Notes: generated by a model from the letters alone, not told the origin. Shown: positions 37,321-47,816, counted from the first letter of the stretch. The stretch is DNA of 64,000 nucleotides from an uncultured Gammaproteobacteria bacterium (GCA_964608945.1 CAZSQB010000001.1:3211-67210); one strand, 5' to 3'. Numbers and translations: made by a program.

Positions 37321-40039
37321 CAAATTACTTAAGACATTATTGATTCCATTTATAATTACGGCTGTTTTTTTTGTGATCCAAGCTTTTTCCTTAATCAAGG
37401 ACTTTGGATTCTTCTCTGTCATTGAAGAGAATCGGGTTAGTTTTCAAAGAGATAAACCTTTACAGTCGCCTCTCTTAAAGAGTGAAAAAATAGTCGGAAG
37501 ATTTAAAGGTGCAGAGAACAACTTTGGTGTCATACTCTTGAGATTTGTTAAATTTGGGAAAGGTTCGGATACTCTAATATTTAGACTTAAGGAAAAGGGG
37601 AGTAGAGACTGGTATTATGAAAATAAATACGATGGCGAACTATTTCAAAACAATGAATATTATCCATTTGGTTTTCCATCTATTTCTAGTTCAAAGAATA
37701 AGTCTTATCTTTTTGAAATAAAATCAACTTCAGGAAGTGATAAGAATGGTGTTGCTTTAAGCGATGCTAAACCTCAGTTAGCACTAGTTTATACATATTC
37801 CCAAGATCAAATTAGGAATCCTGCATCTCTACTTTCATTCGTTTATAAAAAAATGATCTACGTCATTGGAAACACTAATTATTTGATGATGTTGGGCGTG
37901 TTTTTTCTTTTCTTACTTATTAGGCTTTCAGCAAAGAGAATTTCAAAACTGTTTTTCAAATTTAAGAAAAATCCCAGAAAATTCGCTGATGAAATTATAG
38001 CCGCTATAAATATAAAGAATTTCACCGGGCGTTCTAAAGAGAGAGGGTTCCAATTTAATAAAGTCAAAATCTATCAGTATCTATTAAATACAAATACGAA
38101 GAGAAGAGTATTAATCGCAATACTACTATTTCTCATCGCATTTTTATTTAGATATTCTTCGTCGCTAGTTAATCAGTCTAGCATATTTTATTACACGTTG
38201 GGTGGAGGAGGAGACTATGATCAATTTATGAGAGCATCTACTTGCGCTTTAAATTTTTGTTCGTGGATTATACACCAAAATCTTCTCATTGAATCACTTA
38301 TTTTAGGTTCTTTTTATCAACTTTTTGGATTTGTAGGAGGTCTTAAGACGTATTCACATCTCATGTTACTTCTCTCCTCAATAGTTGCTACTCTTCCATA
38401 TGTCCTTCTTTCAAGGAAGACTTGGTTCTCAATTGGTGGAATTGTGGGCTCATTATTTCTTACAACCTCAGACTTTTTAACTACCGTTGCGTTAAACTTC
38501 CCCCCCGACAACGGATCTGCCTTTATCTTCTCAATGTTCTATATAGTTTATTTGTTGACTATGCATTATGGAACAATTCGTTGGCTAGCAGCTCTGGGGT
38601 TGACAGGATTTTTTGATGGGATGTTTAAAGCATTCTTTCTAATCAATGACCTTGCGGCATTGGCTCTTTTTGCTCCCGCCTTCTTTTATGAGAAAACAAG
38701 GAAAACGGCCCTACCGCGAGCTAAACAGTTAAGGGTAATTCTTAAGCGAAAAAATATTAAAATACTACTTTTAGCTTTATTACCATTCCTAATTTTCTTG
38801 ATTTTGTACTCGGCTTGGGAATATTTTGTGCAAATAAAATTCTCAGCACCCTATTTTCTAAGAATGTTAGTTGAGACTACGGGATCGAATTTCAGGTCTG
38901 AAACGTTATTCTATGATAGAAATTCTGGAAAAGCAGAACAGGATCTCTTACTGCAATTATTTTACCTTTTAATCTCAGGATTAGTTATGATTAAGCGAAT
39001 GATTAGTATCTCTGATTTACAGGTAATTTTTCTAGCGCCAATTTTCTTCGGACTTCTACTCTTTTCCTTTATAAAATCAAGCTCCAAAATTAAACTCTCT
39101 CCTCTAAAGCTCGGTACGATATTCGTTTTTTCGTTTATAAATATCGTTTTACTAGTAAGTGTTAAAAATAATTACTTAGGTATTCATCAAATCTTTCCCG
39201 GAGAATATATTTACGCCAATTGGACTTTAAAGACTTATATCTCTATCTTCCTCTTTGCATCTATAATTTTTCTTTTTATACTAAATTTTAGGTATCAAGC
39301 TTTTAAACTTGCTCTTCCAATAGTGCCTTACGTTATAATGCTTATTATCCTGACCAAGAATGCTCCCTGGGAAAGGCTTTTGGCGCACGTTATTGTATGG
39401 AGTATAATTTTATTTTCCTTCCTTATTGATTGGATTTTAAGCAATACTAAGAAGAACCTGCCTGCCCTGCCTGCCGGCAGGCAGGGCGGCAGGCATGGTT
39501 ATGCATTAAAAAGATTATGGATTGGTCCTATCCTTCTAGTTCTATTCATCTTTTTTTATACAATTCCTAAAACATCGAGTATGGTAGCGCAACTGCGTTC
39601 AGGTATTAACAACACAAGAGGCGAAGTTGAATACTTAAAATGGGTAAACTCAGAATTACCAAAAAATGCCATAATTCTTGCAGGAGGGAAAAGTGATCTA
39701 GTAACTGTTACCGAAAATATAAATAGACCTATTATTTATAATACTTTGTGGTCCACCTCTTTACTAATTCGTCCAAATAGAATTCCTGGAGTATCACCGC
39801 AAGATTTCACTCTCACAGGGGAATTGAGGAATAAAGAAAATTTTAATAAAAAAAGATATTTTGTTTTAGAGAGCGATGTCTATTTATGGAGGGGAAGGCT
39901 TCAAGGTGTAGGAGATAACGTCTTTACAACAGAGCCAAAATCTAATATTGCTCTTCACGCGCAAGATTTCTCAATAAAAGTTTACAAAACAAGTCAAGAA
40001 CTTAATAAAAACATCTATGAGTTGAGACCAAAAGAATGA
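37313..40039 (+). CDS. Giant polytopic membrane protein A (about 908 aa): N-terminal TM, extracytoplasmic beta-rich domain, multi-TM core. Putative GT-C-type glycan polymerase/transferase.
   Basis: The ATG at 37313 overlaps the rmlD stop by 8 nt; the ORF-track start at 37076 is an in-frame read-through of rmlD. Colinear homology with 42253..45111 throughout (KGAENNFGVILLRF / KASENNFGILLFRF, GGDYDQFMRA / QGDYDQFIRA), with about 167 aa of 100% identity near the C-terminus. Confidence 0.7.
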   Translation: MNNKLLKTLLIPFIITAVFFVIQAFSLIKDFGFFSVIEENRVSFQRDKPLQSPLLKSEKIVGRFKGAENNFGVILLRFVKFGKGSDTLIFRLKEKGSRDWYYENKYDGELFQNNEYYPFGFPSISSSKNKSYLFEIKSTSGSDKNGVALSDAKPQLALVYTYSQDQIRNPASLLSFVYKKMIYVIGNTNYLMMLGVFFLFLLIRLSAKRISKLFFKFKKNPRKFADEIIAAINIKNFTGRSKERGFQFNKVKIYQYLLNTNTKRRVLIAILLFLIAFLFRYSSSLVNQSSIFYYTLGGGGDYDQFMRASTCALNFCSWIIHQNLLIESLILGSFYQLFGFVGGLKTYSHLMLLLSSIVATLPYVLLSRKTWFSIGGIVGSLFLTTSDFLTTVALNFPPDNGSAFIFSMFYIVYLLTMHYGTIRWLAALGLTGFFDGMFKAFFLINDLAALALFAPAFFYEKTRKTALPRAKQLRVILKRKNIKILLLALLPFLIFLILYSAWEYFVQIKFSAPYFLRMLVETTGSNFRSETLFYDRNSGKAEQDLLLQLFYLLISGLVMIKRMISISDLQVIFLAPIFFGLLLFSFIKSSSKIKLSPLKLGTIFVFSFINIVLLVSVKNNYLGIHQIFPGEYIYANWTLKTYISIFLFASIIFLFILNFRYQAFKLALPIVPYVIMLIILTKNAPWERLLAHVIVWSIILFSFLIDWILSNTKKNLPALPAGRQGGRHGYALKRLWIGPILLVLFIFFYTIPKTSSMVAQLRSGINNTRGEVEYLKWVNSELPKNAIILAGGKSDLVTVTENINRPIIYNTLWSTSLLIRPNRIPGVSPQDFTLTGELRNKENFNKKRYFVLESDVYLWRGRLQGVGDNVFTTEPKSNIALHAQDFSIKVYKTSQELNKNIYELRPKE
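39251..39751 (+). repeat. Copy 1 of a perfect 501-bp direct repeat inside giant membrane protein gene A.
   Basis: Base-for-base identical to 44275..44775 on manual alignment (offset 5,024 bp). Flanks diverge immediately on both sides. Confidence 0.9.
39457..39495 (+). repeat. GC-rich near-perfect palindrome (CCTGCCTGCCCTGCCTGCC|GGCAGGCAGGGCGGCAGGCA) in-frame within gene A, encoding LPALPAGRQGGRH.
   Basis: About 77% GC over 39 nt in an approximately 30% GC gene. The arms are reverse complements of each other apart from a single base. Confidence 0.8.
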
Positions 40040-40063
40040 ATCTTCTTGTGATAAAATTGGGAA

Positions 40064-41107
40064 ATGTTAAAATCGAATCCTAAAGTTTCCATAGTTATTC
40101 TTAACTATAACGGTAAGAGGTGGCTTGAAAAGTTGCTTCCTACGATTGAGAAAATAAAATATAAGCCTCTTGAAGTTATTATTGTAAATAACGGATCAAC
40201 AGATGACAGTGGAGAATTTGTAAAAAATAAATATCCCCATTTCCGTTTAATTGAGATAATGCCAAACAGAGGGTTTGCCGGAGCAAATAATTATGGAGTA
40301 AAGCATGCGAAAGGAAAATACGTGCTACTTATTAATAATGATACTCAGGTTCCACCAGATTTTCTTGCTCCAATGGTTGGCCGAATGGAAGTCGATAAAA
40401 CTGTAGGCGTAATACAACCAATGATAAGGAGTTTAAGAAATAGAAATGTTCTTGACGCTGCATGCTCTTTCTATACTTCAACTGGTTTTCAATATCACTA
40501 TGGGTATTACCAACCATATAAGAAGAAGCAATATAATAAGGAACATTACGTTTATTCTGCTAAGGGAGCGTGTTTATTTACCCGTCGAGATCTTTATTTA
40601 AAACTTGGGGGACTGGATGAGGACTTTGTGTGCTACGTAGAGGAGTCCGATTATTGTCATCGCATTTGGTTGTCGGGTAAAAAAGTTTTGTATTTTCCAC
40701 AAAGCTATATTTATCACTGGGGCGGTGGAGATATGTCAGTAATGGAAAAAAGCGAGACCACAATTTTCCGCTCTTTTAGGAATAGATATTACTCATACAT
40801 TAAGAATCTAAGCTTTGTAGAGCTTATCAAATTATTACCAGCCCACTTTGTGTTTTCTGAAGCAATGATTTTCTCAGCACTTGCAAGAGGCATAATTCGT
40901 TATGGACTTTCTGCACAACTTGGAACTTTATGGTGGATTTTCCATCTTCCTCGGATCCTTAAAAAGAGAAGATACATACAAAGGAAAATTAGGAAAGTGT
41001 CTGATGCTGACTTCATACCACTGATAAAACATGATCCACCTTTATCATACTACCCGCACTTTCTAAGAAATCCTGAAGCAAAATATAATGAATCGCCGAT
41101 AGACTAA
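40064..41107 (+). CDS. GT2 glycosyltransferase (tandem paralog a). Rhamnosyl/galactofuranosyl-transferase-like long GT2.
   Basis: VSIVILNYNGKRWLEKLLPTIE...VIIVNNGSTDDS...PNRGFAGANNYG...LLINNDTQV. Confidence 0.75.
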   Translation: MLKSNPKVSIVILNYNGKRWLEKLLPTIEKIKYKPLEVIIVNNGSTDDSGEFVKNKYPHFRLIEIMPNRGFAGANNYGVKHAKGKYVLLINNDTQVPPDFLAPMVGRMEVDKTVGVIQPMIRSLRNRNVLDAACSFYTSTGFQYHYGYYQPYKKKQYNKEHYVYSAKGACLFTRRDLYLKLGGLDEDFVCYVEESDYCHRIWLSGKKVLYFPQSYIYHWGGGDMSVMEKSETTIFRSFRNRYYSYIKNLSFVELIKLLPAHFVFSEAMIFSALARGIIRYGLSAQLGTLWWIFHLPRILKKRRYIQRKIRKVSDADFIPLIKHDPPLSYYPHFLRNPEAKYNESPID

Positions 41108-41178
41108 AATGGCAAAGCCGTTTCGACTATTAAATCTGGCTGGTGGGGAGCATGACCAAAAAACAGAATTATTAGAAA

Positions 41179-42237
41179 ATGAATTTAAAAATTGTTGAAA
41201 GTTCTAAGGTTCCAAAAGTGACCGTACTTATACCCAACTACAATGGAAAAAAGTGGCTTGAAAAGTTGCTTCCTACTGTTGAAAAAACAACTTACCCAAA
41301 CAAAGAAATTCTCGTTGTAAACAACGGATCTACAGATAACAGTGGTCAGTTTCTTAAAAAAAACTATCCCAATGTTCGTGTTGTAGAGGTTAAAAAGAAC
41401 AGAGGTTACGCAGGGGCGAATAATTTTGGCGTAAAGTTTGCCAAAGGTAAATATATTTTATTTCTCAATAATGATACTCAAGTTACTCCAAGCTTTTTAG
41501 AACCTTTGGTTGAAAGGATGGAAAAAGATAATACCGTAGGTGCTGTTCAGCCTCAGATAAGACACATGGTTAAAAAAGACGTCATTGATTCAATAGGCTC
41601 CCTTTTTACGTTTACAGGATTTTTATACCACTATGGGTATTTTCAATCCTACAAAGAAAGGAAATATCAAAAAGAACTATCTGTATATTCTGTCAAAGGA
41701 GCATGTTTTCTTATGAGTAAAGAAGATTATATAGATCTTGGGGGAATTGATGAGAGCTTTGTAACCTATGTTGAGGAATCAGATCTTTGCCATAGAATTT
41801 TGTTAAGTGGTAAGAAAATAGTTTACGTTCCAAAAAGCGTTGTTTACCATTTTGGGGGAGGGGATATGAACATCATGACAAAAAGTGAAGTAGTGATATT
41901 TCGATCCTTTAGAAATAGATTTGTGTCTTATTTAAAAAATTTAGGGGTGAAAAAACTTATCCTTGTTCTGCCGGTCCATTTTGTTCTATGCGAAATGCTT
42001 ATTTTCATGAGCCTTCTGCGGGGAAAGTTCAAACAGGCCATAGCGTCTCAAGTTGGAGTCGTAGGATGGATCCCAAATTTCTTTTCGATTTTAAAACAGA
42101 GAAAATATATACAGTCGCGTATAAGAAAGATAAGTGATGATGAACTCTTCGCATCCGTTGAACATAACCCCAGTTTCGGATATTACTCTCATTTCTTTTT
42201 TGACCCTTATGGCAAATTTAGCGAAAAAGAGCTATAA
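41179..42237 (+). CDS. GT2 glycosyltransferase (tandem paralog b).
   Basis: VTVLIPNYNGKKWLEKLLPTVE...ILVVNNGSTDNS...KNRGYAGANNFG...LFLNNDTQV. Colinear with 40064..41107. Confidence 0.75.
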   Translation: MNLKIVESSKVPKVTVLIPNYNGKKWLEKLLPTVEKTTYPNKEILVVNNGSTDNSGQFLKKNYPNVRVVEVKKNRGYAGANNFGVKFAKGKYILFLNNDTQVTPSFLEPLVERMEKDNTVGAVQPQIRHMVKKDVIDSIGSLFTFTGFLYHYGYFQSYKERKYQKELSVYSVKGACFLMSKEDYIDLGGIDESFVTYVEESDLCHRILLSGKKIVYVPKSVVYHFGGGDMNIMTKSEVVIFRSFRNRFVSYLKNLGVKKLILVLPVHFVLCEMLIFMSLLRGKFKQAIASQVGVVGWIPNFFSILKQRKYIQSRIRKISDDELFASVEHNPSFGYYSHFFFDPYGKFSEKEL

Positions 42238-42252
42238 TTTTTTACGTTTTCG

Positions 42253-45111
42253 ATGAAGCACTTTAAATTATTTATCATTTCATTGTTTTTGGTATTTGGA
42301 TATTTAATATTGATTTCGTATCCTTATTTTTTTTCCAAGATTACGCGTTTTGATTCACTCGGACCTCTTTCATTAGTGGAAGAAAAATCGGTAAATATCC
42401 AAAAAACGTTCAGTCCAGACCGCAGAACCGATCAATTTGACAATCACTTGCTTAAAGGAGAAAAGGTCACTGTTAAACTTAAAGCTTCCGAAAACAATTT
42501 TGGTATTTTATTGTTTAGATTCGCGCAACTATCTGACAATGTAACAGATACGGTTGTTTTTAGAGTAAAAGAAGAAGGAAAAGAATGGCACTATGAAAAT
42601 AATTATAAGGCAAACCAATTTCAGCCAGATCAGTATTTTACTTTTGGTTTTCCTCCTTTTAAAAATTCCAAAAACAACACCTACGTTTTTGAGATAGAAT
42701 CTCTTTCAGGCACATACAAGAATGGAATTGGGGTGAGTTTGAGAGAACCGCAAGTCGCGTTAGTTTATAAATACACACGAGCCGATCTAACGAATTTTAA
42801 TACGCTTTTCCCTTTTATTTTTAAAAAATTTGTTTATGTAGCAAGAAACGTAAATTTCCTTCAAGATAGGCAGTTATTTATAATATTTTTTTCGTCATTT
42901 CTTTTTACTCTTTATTTGAAAAATAAAAGAAAAATAAAATTGCCAAAGCCTAAAAAGAAGTATCGTAAATTTTTAAAAATGGTTGTCGGTGAAATAATCT
43001 TCGATTATGTATTATTTGAAAAGAAGCTATTTAAACCTTTAAAAAAATCAGTCCTCAGATTTACCAGATCCAAATTTTATTTAAAATACTTAGATACAAA
43101 TGCTAAAAAAAGATTAGCAATTGTTTTATTAGTATTTTTAATCGCGATTCTTTACCGATTTTCCGCAGCTTCAGTTGATCAATTAGGTGTGTTCTCATTT
43201 TATGCGGGTTTAGGTGGTCAGGGTGATTATGATCAATTTATAAGAGCTGCAACATGTGCAGTAAGAAACTTTTGCCCTGCCATCTTAGGACAAAACTTTC
43301 TTATTGAATCATCTATCTTAGGGACGTTTTACGAAATATTCGGATTTGCGGGGGGACTTAAAGCATATCTATATTTCATGATTATTCTAAGCTCAATTGT
43401 TGCTACTCTTCCTTACGTTCTTTTGTCTCGAAAACACTTTATCACAATAGGTGGAATAATCGGCAGTCTTTTTCTTGCAACTTCAGATTATTTAACTCAT
43501 ATGGCCCTTAATCTTCCACCAGACAACGCGTCTCTATTTGCCTTCTCAATGTTCTTTATAGTTTATCTAATTACGATTCATATTGGAACCATTCGTTGGC
43601 TTTTATTTTTTGGCTTGATAGGTTTAATAGATGGATTAAATAAATTATTATTATTAATAAATGATTTAGCAGTATTTATGCTATTTGTTCCGGTTTTCTT
43701 CTATGAAAAGGCAAATAAGACTAAGAAGTTTCCTTTTGTTAAATTAAACCCAAAATTGATCTTCTATTCTATACTGCCACTTTTAGTTTTCCTCGTGATT
43801 TATTCGGCATGGGAGTATGTTGTACAAATGAAATTCTCAACTCCCTACTATTTGAGAGCATTGATAGAAGGAGGTTCTACCTATCAATCATCCACTGACG
43901 CAGGATCTATGTCCATCAATGAAAGTCTTTCACAAGGCAATATATTGGAAAAATTATTTTATTATGCAGGATTGTCTGTCGTTATGCTAAAACGAGTAAT
44001 TCAGAATGCTGGTCTTAATGATATCTTTCTTATTCCCATTTTATTCGGTTTATTATTCGCGACTTTCAGAAAGTCCCCATTCGATGGATTCGACAAGCTC
44101 ACCACAAGTAATCTCAGGGCAAGAAAATTTTCTGTCACGAAATTAATATCTATGGTAATTTTTGCAAGCCTTGCTTTTACGACCCTACAATTATTCAAAG
44201 AAAACTTTCTGGGCATACAAGATATTGGACAATATGTCTATGCATGGTCCAATGATATTTATGTTAATGTATTTCTCTTTGCATCTATAATTTTTCTTTT
44301 TATACTAAATTTTAGGTATCAAGCTTTTAAACTTGCTCTTCCAATAGTGCCTTACGTTATAATGCTTATTATCCTGACCAAGAATGCTCCCTGGGAAAGG
44401 CTTTTGGCGCACGTTATTGTATGGAGTATAATTTTATTTTCCTTCCTTATTGATTGGATTTTAAGCAATACTAAGAAGAACCTGCCTGCCCTGCCTGCCG
44501 GCAGGCAGGGCGGCAGGCATGGTTATGCATTAAAAAGATTATGGATTGGTCCTATCCTTCTAGTTCTATTCATCTTTTTTTATACAATTCCTAAAACATC
44601 GAGTATGGTAGCGCAACTGCGTTCAGGTATTAACAACACAAGAGGCGAAGTTGAATACTTAAAATGGGTAAACTCAGAATTACCAAAAAATGCCATAATT
44701 CTTGCAGGAGGGAAAAGTGATCTAGTAACTGTTACCGAAAATATAAATAGACCTATTATTTATAATACTTTGTGGACAGCGGCGTTACTGATTATACCAA
44801 ATGAAATTCCAGGAGCAAAACCCACTGATTTTGCTATATTAAATCAGTTGAAAATCAATGAGATACCAGGAGTAAGCCCAAGTGATTTTAGTATAATACG
44901 GGAGTTGAGAAACAAGGATAATTTCGGGAAAAACAAGTATATGATTTTAGAAGATGACGTTTATATATGGCGAGATAGAGTAGCAGGAGTAGGAGATAAT
45001 CTTTTTTCTACATCTTCTGCTGCGTTGCTTAATGGAGAGGATTACTTAATCAAAGTCTATAAATCCAATCCAATTCTAAAAAAAGCTATCTACGAATTAA
45101 AGCTTAAGTAG
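42253..45111 (+). CDS. Giant polytopic membrane protein B (952 aa). Paralog of 37313..40039.
   Basis: Same domain order as protein A. Carries the second copy of the 501-bp identical segment. Confidence 0.7.
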   Translation: MKHFKLFIISLFLVFGYLILISYPYFFSKITRFDSLGPLSLVEEKSVNIQKTFSPDRRTDQFDNHLLKGEKVTVKLKASENNFGILLFRFAQLSDNVTDTVVFRVKEEGKEWHYENNYKANQFQPDQYFTFGFPPFKNSKNNTYVFEIESLSGTYKNGIGVSLREPQVALVYKYTRADLTNFNTLFPFIFKKFVYVARNVNFLQDRQLFIIFFSSFLFTLYLKNKRKIKLPKPKKKYRKFLKMVVGEIIFDYVLFEKKLFKPLKKSVLRFTRSKFYLKYLDTNAKKRLAIVLLVFLIAILYRFSAASVDQLGVFSFYAGLGGQGDYDQFIRAATCAVRNFCPAILGQNFLIESSILGTFYEIFGFAGGLKAYLYFMIILSSIVATLPYVLLSRKHFITIGGIIGSLFLATSDYLTHMALNLPPDNASLFAFSMFFIVYLITIHIGTIRWLLFFGLIGLIDGLNKLLLLINDLAVFMLFVPVFFYEKANKTKKFPFVKLNPKLIFYSILPLLVFLVIYSAWEYVVQMKFSTPYYLRALIEGGSTYQSSTDAGSMSINESLSQGNILEKLFYYAGLSVVMLKRVIQNAGLNDIFLIPILFGLLFATFRKSPFDGFDKLTTSNLRARKFSVTKLISMVIFASLAFTTLQLFKENFLGIQDIGQYVYAWSNDIYVNVFLFASIIFLFILNFRYQAFKLALPIVPYVIMLIILTKNAPWERLLAHVIVWSIILFSFLIDWILSNTKKNLPALPAGRQGGRHGYALKRLWIGPILLVLFIFFYTIPKTSSMVAQLRSGINNTRGEVEYLKWVNSELPKNAIILAGGKSDLVTVTENINRPIIYNTLWTAALLIIPNEIPGAKPTDFAILNQLKINEIPGVSPSDFSIIRELRNKDNFGKNKYMILEDDVYIWRDRVAGVGDNLFSTSSAALLNGEDYLIKVYKSNPILKKAIYELKLK
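44275..44775 (+). repeat. Copy 2 of the perfect 501-bp direct repeat inside giant membrane protein gene B.
   Basis: Identical to 39251..39751. Confidence 0.9.
44481..44519 (+). repeat. Second copy of the GC-rich palindrome (inside the 501-bp repeat).
   Basis: Same 39-nt sequence as 39457..39495. Confidence 0.8.
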
Positions 45112-45172
45112 ACTGAAAATCTTTGACATATGTTTGACATTCACTCACAATTAACATAAACTTCATTTACAA

Positions 45173-45796
45173 ATGATGGGTAAAAACAATAATCTTTATC
45201 GTAAAAAAGCAGAAACGCATTTAACCGAAAGCATCAAAGTTAAACAGGCAACGCTTGAAAAATGCATGAATTCAATTCTTGCTGCAGCTCAATTAATTGT
45301 GGATACTTTTTTATCCGGGGGTAAGGTTTTACTCTGCGGCAACGGTGGGAGTGCTGCCGATTGCCAGCACATGGCGACAGAACTTGTTAATACACTAGAT
45401 AAGAATTTTATTCGTCCCAGTCTGCCTGCCTTTGCCCTCACTACCGATACGTCAGTAATGACATCTTTTGCCAATGACTTTGGTTTTGATGGAGTCTTTG
45501 AACGCCAAATTCAAGGTTTGGGTAAGCCTAACGATTTATTAATAGGTCTCTCAACCAGTGGAAATTCCAAAAACATCATCAGAGCCATGACAGCGGCCAA
45601 TACTATCAAAATGCACACCCTGGCTTTAACCGGCAATTCCGGTAAACTACAAAAAATAGCAGATGTGGTAATTTCTATCCCTAGTAAAAATACACAATAC
45701 ATCCAAGAAGCACACTTGACTGTTGAACATATCCTTTGCGAATTGGTTGAGCATTATCTTTTTGTGGGTATAAAGAAAAAAGAACTATGGTCATAA
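45173..45796 (+). CDS. gmhA: Phosphoheptose isomerase (sedoheptulose-7-phosphate isomerase, SIS domain).
   Basis: LLCGNGGSAADCQHMATELV...LLIGLSTSGNSKNI...HTLALTGNSGKL, the diagnostic GmhA SIS motifs. Confidence 0.85.
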   Translation: MMGKNNNLYRKKAETHLTESIKVKQATLEKCMNSILAAAQLIVDTFLSGGKVLLCGNGGSAADCQHMATELVNTLDKNFIRPSLPAFALTTDTSVMTSFANDFGFDGVFERQIQGLGKPNDLLIGLSTSGNSKNIIRAMTAANTIKMHTLALTGNSGKLQKIADVVISIPSKNTQYIQEAHLTVEHILCELVEHYLFVGIKKKELWS

Positions 45797-46812
45797 GCAG
45801 AACTCCTTTTCGAATTTCTTTCTTTGGTGGAGGTACGGATTATCCTGCCTGGTATCGCAATAATGGTGGTGCAGTTCTCGCTACAACAATCAATAAGTAC
45901 TGCTACCTGAACGTAAGATTCCTGCCCCCTTTTTTTTGGCATAAATTTCGTATTGTCTATTCAAGGATAGAGAGTTGTAATACAATCGACGAAATTACTC
46001 ATCCAGCTGTGCGCGAAATTTTACGTTTCTTAAAGATTAATCAAGGATTAGAAATCCATCATGATGGTGATTTACCAGCCAGATCGGGACTCGGCTCTAG
46101 CTCTGCTTTTACAGTGGGACTTCTTAATGCACTTTATGCTCTGCTTGGGCATATGCCCAATAAGCACAACTTAGCAAAAGAAGGTATATACCTGGAACAA
46201 GAGGTTTTAAAAGAAACAGTTGGTTCTCAGGATCAAATCCTTGCGGCACATGGGGGTTTCAATCATATAACTTTTCATAAAAATGGGGAGATTACACTTA
46301 AACCTATAACCCTTTCTTCTAAGCGTATTAAGGAACTTGAAAATCATCTAATGTTATTCTATACAGGAATTCCTCGTATTGCTTCAAAAGTAGCTAAAAG
46401 CTATGTAAAAAAAATTAAAACCCGAGAAAAACAACTTAGCATTATGCAAGATTCGGTAGAAGAAGCTCTCTCCATTTTAACGGGTAAGCGCGATATGAAA
46501 AGTTTTGGTGAACTCTTAAACAAGTTTTGGCAAATAAAGAGAACCTTAAGCCCTCAAGTTTCCAATTCCACTATCGATGAAATTTATAAAAAATCCCTAT
46601 CTTCAGGCGCTATTGGGGGAAAGCTAATAGGTGCAGGCGGCGGCGGATTCTTACTTTTGTTTGTTCCTCCACGAAGTCAAAAAAAGGTAAGAGAAAGCTT
46701 AAAAAAACTTATTTATGTCCCTTTCAAATTTGAATCCCAAGGATCTCAAATTATCTTTTTTGACAGACAAGAAGATTACACAAACGAGATTAAACGCAAA
46801 CTCAGAACATGA
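45787..46812 (+). CDS. GHMP-family sugar kinase, HddA-like (D-glycero-D-manno-heptose 7-phosphate kinase-type).
   Basis: RTPFRISFFGGGTDYPAWY N-terminus typical of HddA/WcbL-like kinases. PARSGLGSSSAF is the GHMP ATP-binding motif. Overlaps the gmhA stop. Confidence 0.7.
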   Translation: MVISRTPFRISFFGGGTDYPAWYRNNGGAVLATTINKYCYLNVRFLPPFFWHKFRIVYSRIESCNTIDEITHPAVREILRFLKINQGLEIHHDGDLPARSGLGSSSAFTVGLLNALYALLGHMPNKHNLAKEGIYLEQEVLKETVGSQDQILAAHGGFNHITFHKNGEITLKPITLSSKRIKELENHLMLFYTGIPRIASKVAKSYVKKIKTREKQLSIMQDSVEEALSILTGKRDMKSFGELLNKFWQIKRTLSPQVSNSTIDEIYKKSLSSGAIGGKLIGAGGGGFLLLFVPPRSQKKVRESLKKLIYVPFKFESQGSQIIFFDRQEDYTNEIKRKLRT

Positions 46813-47813
46813 ATAAAAATCGTCATATCAGATGTGTACTTATCATTGGGATAAGTGGGTCTGGAGGTAGCTACCTTGCAGAGTATATAGTAAATAATCA
46901 CCCAAAAGTGGAAGTACATGGAATTTCCCGATGGCACTCAACCACAATAGATAATTTAGATAAGGTTCAAAGACAGGTTATCGTGCATGAAGCTGATTTA
47001 ATGGATATGGCTTCTGTAATTGAGGTTTTACAAAAAGTAAAACCTGACGCCATTTTTCATTTAGCAGCCCATGCAAATGTCAGAACTTCTTTTATAACAC
47101 CTACTTCGGTTTTAAGTAATAATATATTAGGTACCAGCAATCTTTTGGAAGCAATAAGGATTCTAAATATAAAGCCTATTGTACAAATTTGTAGTACTTC
47201 TGAAGTTTACGGCCAAGTAAATCCCAGAGATGTTCCAATCAAAGAGTTGTGCCCTTTAAATCCGATGAGCCCTTATGCCGTTTCCAAGACGACACAAGAT
47301 CTTTTAGGCGCTGTTTATTTTCGCGCGTATGATATGAAAATAATTCGCACCAGAATGTTTGCCTATATTAATCCTCGTAGAGAAGATCTTTTTGCTACCT
47401 TCTTTGCTATGCAGGTCGCACGTATTGAGGAAGGATTGCAGAAAGAACTTTTGCACGGCAACCTTGACTCTATCCGAACCCTGATTGATGTCCGTGACGC
47501 AATGGGGTCCTATTGGGTTGCGGTCGAAAAGTGCCGCTTCGGGCAGGTGTACAATATTGGGGGAAATACTGTAATTACAGTAGGAGAATTTCTAGATTTC
47601 TTAAGAAAGAAAGCGAAAGTTGCGATTCCCCTGCGCCTTTCTCCTAACTTACTTCGTCCCACTGACGTAACACTTCAAATCCCCGATGTTACAAAATTTA
47701 CTAAGGAAACTGGTTGGAGGCCGAAATATAGTTTTGAAGAGAGCGTAGAATTTTTATTGAATATTTGCAGGAGTACGGTGGCACGGAAAAACAGCGCGCG
47801 AAGCGCTAATTAA
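46809..47813 (+). CDS. NDP-sugar 4,6-dehydratase of the GDP-mannose dehydratase (GMD/DmhA) family.
   Basis: LIIGISGSGGSYLAEYIVNNHPKVEVHGISR, STSEVYG, SPYAVSK. The motif order and spacing match GMD. Confidence 0.75.
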   Translation: MNKNRHIRCVLIIGISGSGGSYLAEYIVNNHPKVEVHGISRWHSTTIDNLDKVQRQVIVHEADLMDMASVIEVLQKVKPDAIFHLAAHANVRTSFITPTSVLSNNILGTSNLLEAIRILNIKPIVQICSTSEVYGQVNPRDVPIKELCPLNPMSPYAVSKTTQDLLGAVYFRAYDMKIIRTRMFAYINPRREDLFATFFAMQVARIEEGLQKELLHGNLDSIRTLIDVRDAMGSYWVAVEKCRFGQVYNIGGNTVITVGEFLDFLRKKAKVAIPLRLSPNLLRPTDVTLQIPDVTKFTKETGWRPKYSFEESVEFLLNICRSTVARKNSARSAN

Positions 47814-47816
47814 ACA

